A stretch of DNA of 64,000 bases from a virus: the IMG/VR virus record IMGVR_UViG_3300018079_000002, positions 3,768 to 67,767 of that record. The stretch is one strand, 5' to 3'. A program made the position numbers and the translations under genes. Numbering within the stretch: position 1 is the stretch's first letter; every line of letters begins with the position of its first letter. This document shows, piece by piece, positions 62,354 to 64,000 of the stretch. The notes under the pieces are model-generated. The model had not been told where the DNA came from. It ran no database searches and saw only the letters and a program-made list of their open reading frames with translations.

Positions 62354-63810
62354 ATCCAGGCTTTAAACTCGTCGCCAAGCACATACAAGGCAACATCACG
62401 TTTTTCGCGCAAGTCACTGATGATTTTTTCGTCCACCGTATCCTGTGCCACCAGATCAGTGTAGCCTACCGGATGCTTCTGCCCTGGGCGATGCGCCCGA
62501 TCTTCGCTCTGCAACCGTTTACCGAGCCGGAAGGTAGTGTTGTAATAAATGACGCTGCGTGCCTGGACCAGAGTCAGTCCCTCACCGGCACAATCCTGAT
62601 TGGCCACGAACCACTGCCGCTTACCGTCCTGGAACAGCTTCTTGTTGTGTGCACGTTCATCGTCATCCACCTTGCCATCGTAACGCACGCACTTCTTGGG
62701 CCCAAGGAGTCCAATGATCTTCTCGATGTCCGGGGTGAACTTGGCGAAGATAATTCCCTGGTGCGGGACTTCCTCCACGATGTCGCCCAGGAGGGACAAC
62801 CGTGGGTTGCCACCGGCAATTTCGTGGATGGGCTCTTCGCCGTCCGGAGTAGGGATGTAGCCACTGCAGACCTGCTGAAAGCGTAGCAGCCGGGTAATGG
62901 CCAATGGTGCCGTGACCAGCTCGGTCTCGGTCAGCCAGGTCATGTATTCGTCTTTCAGCTCGTCATAGATACGGCGCTGCTCCTTGGTGATTTCAAAGTA
63001 ACGCTTGGTAAAGAGTTTCGGCGGTAGGTCGAGCACGTCATCCTTGAGCACCCGATCGCTATGCGCTTTTAAGATCTGAGCGAGCTCGTCCAGGTTCTTG
63101 TAACCGACCAACAGCTCCACCTGCTTGCCACGGCTGTCCTTGACGTATTCGTGTTCAGCGTAAACTCCGAAGTGGCTCTTGAACATCGCATAGTTGTCCA
63201 GGCCGTATTGTTTCCAGAAATCAAGGTCCAAGAACTTCATGATGCTGTAGGCATCAAATGGACCGTTCTCCAGAGGCGTGCCGGTCAGCACCCGTCGCCA
63301 GTTCGCATACTTCGCGGAAGCGTGTATGGTTTTGCTGCGCTTGGCGTTCGGGTTCTTGAAGTGCACCGCCTCGTCCGCCACGTAAAAGCATTTGCGGCTC
63401 TCCACGATATCATACAAGAACTTTTTGCAGTTCTTAGTAATCACGGACGTATACGGGATGGTGATGATCACCAGCCCTTGATGCTCCTTGATCTCGCGCA
63501 ACCTACGCTTGTAGGTGTCGGTGTTGGACTTGTTGTTTTGCCAGAAGAACAACTCCGTCTCTTTAATCAGCCACTCCGGCACGTGCACCGGCACTTCGTC
63601 GGTAATCCAATTGCGGTGCACACCATTCGGCGCAAGCACCAGCAACGTATCAATCTCACCTTGTAAGAAAAGATGCTGCGCATGATCAAGCACCACCTTG
63701 GTCTTGCCCGTGCCCATCTCCCAAAACAATGCCCACCGTTTCAGGTCCAGGCGATTCTCGAAATAGCCACGCTGGTGACTGAAAGGCTCCGTCCTAAACT
63801 CAAACCGCAT
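62350..63810 (-). CDS. SNF2-family (SF2) DNA helicase
   Basis: EMGTGKT, VADEAV, LTGTP, QSEDRAHRPGQ. Confidence 0.93.
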   Translation of the reverse strand: MRFEFRTEPFSHQRGYFENRLDLKRWALFWEMGTGKTKVVLDHAQHLFLQGEIDTLLVLAPNGVHRNWITDEVPVHVPEWLIKETELFFWQNNKSNTDTYKRRLREIKEHQGLVIITIPYTSVITKNCKKFLYDIVESRKCFYVADEAVHFKNPNAKRSKTIHASAKYANWRRVLTGTPLENGPFDAYSIMKFLDLDFWKQYGLDNYAMFKSHFGVYAEHEYVKDSRGKQVELLVGYKNLDELAQILKAHSDRVLKDDVLDLPPKLFTKRYFEITKEQRRIYDELKDEYMTWLTETELVTAPLAITRLLRFQQVCSGYIPTPDGEEPIHEIAGGNPRLSLLGDIVEEVPHQGIIFAKFTPDIEKIIGLLGPKKCVRYDGKVDDDERAHNKKLFQDGKRQWFVANQDCAGEGLTLVQARSVIYYNTTFRLGKRLQSEDRAHRPGQKHPVGYTDLVAQDTVDEKIISDLREKRDVALYVLGDEFKAWI

Positions 63811-64000
63811 ATTACTCCATTTCTATGTTAAGCCCTGCGCGTCATGCCCAGGAGCTGCTCGCCCCTAGGATGAGCCGGGTTGCAGCCGGTTATCAAGCCC
63901 AGGGTGCGCACGGCCAGCGCCTAGGGACGTTACAGGCGCAACGGCCTGGAGGCGTCTAGCGCGTGTGGCCAGCCTGCTGGGGGTGTGCTCAACCCTCCTC

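Overview
This is a partial genome of a tailed dsDNA phage with a siphovirus layout resembling YuA/M6/PaMx11-type phages. Essentially all real genes lie on the minus strand; the many plus-strand ORFs are antisense shadows. Reading 64000->1 the order is: SNF2 helicase; SSB, RecD-like helicase and class II RNR; a thymidine-hypermodification and nucleotide-metabolism block (amino acid:DNA transferase, FAD oxidoreductase, P-loop kinase plus helical 5-hmdU-kinase domain, dUMP hydroxymethylase, HD nucleotidase, cupin, Nmad1, PolA, dCMP deaminase); primase-helicase; about 40 small accessory genes; TerS/TerL/portal; head; and tail, cut at the window start. No integrase, lysis cassette, tRNA or CRISPR array was recognised. 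The host is inferred to be Verrucomicrobiota (Pedosphaera/Limisphaerales-like). Highlights: (1) a phage-encoded UBact (Pup-like bacterial ubiquitin analogue, 58 aa, ending RQRSGQ) translationally coupled to the minor head protein gene; (2) a PaMx11-like hypermodification pathway lacking the acetyltransferase in this window; (3) a tandem array of near-consensus sigma28/FliA-type promoters, each placing an ATG exactly 7 nt after the -10 box (leaderless), three of them reusing the upstream stop codon as the -35 TAAA; (4) at least six secreted or lipoprotein genes (FN3, discoidin and others); (5) divergent UDG-fold, RMF-like and cupin proteins and a candidate structured RNA. Family assignments come from motif recognition and recall, not database searches.
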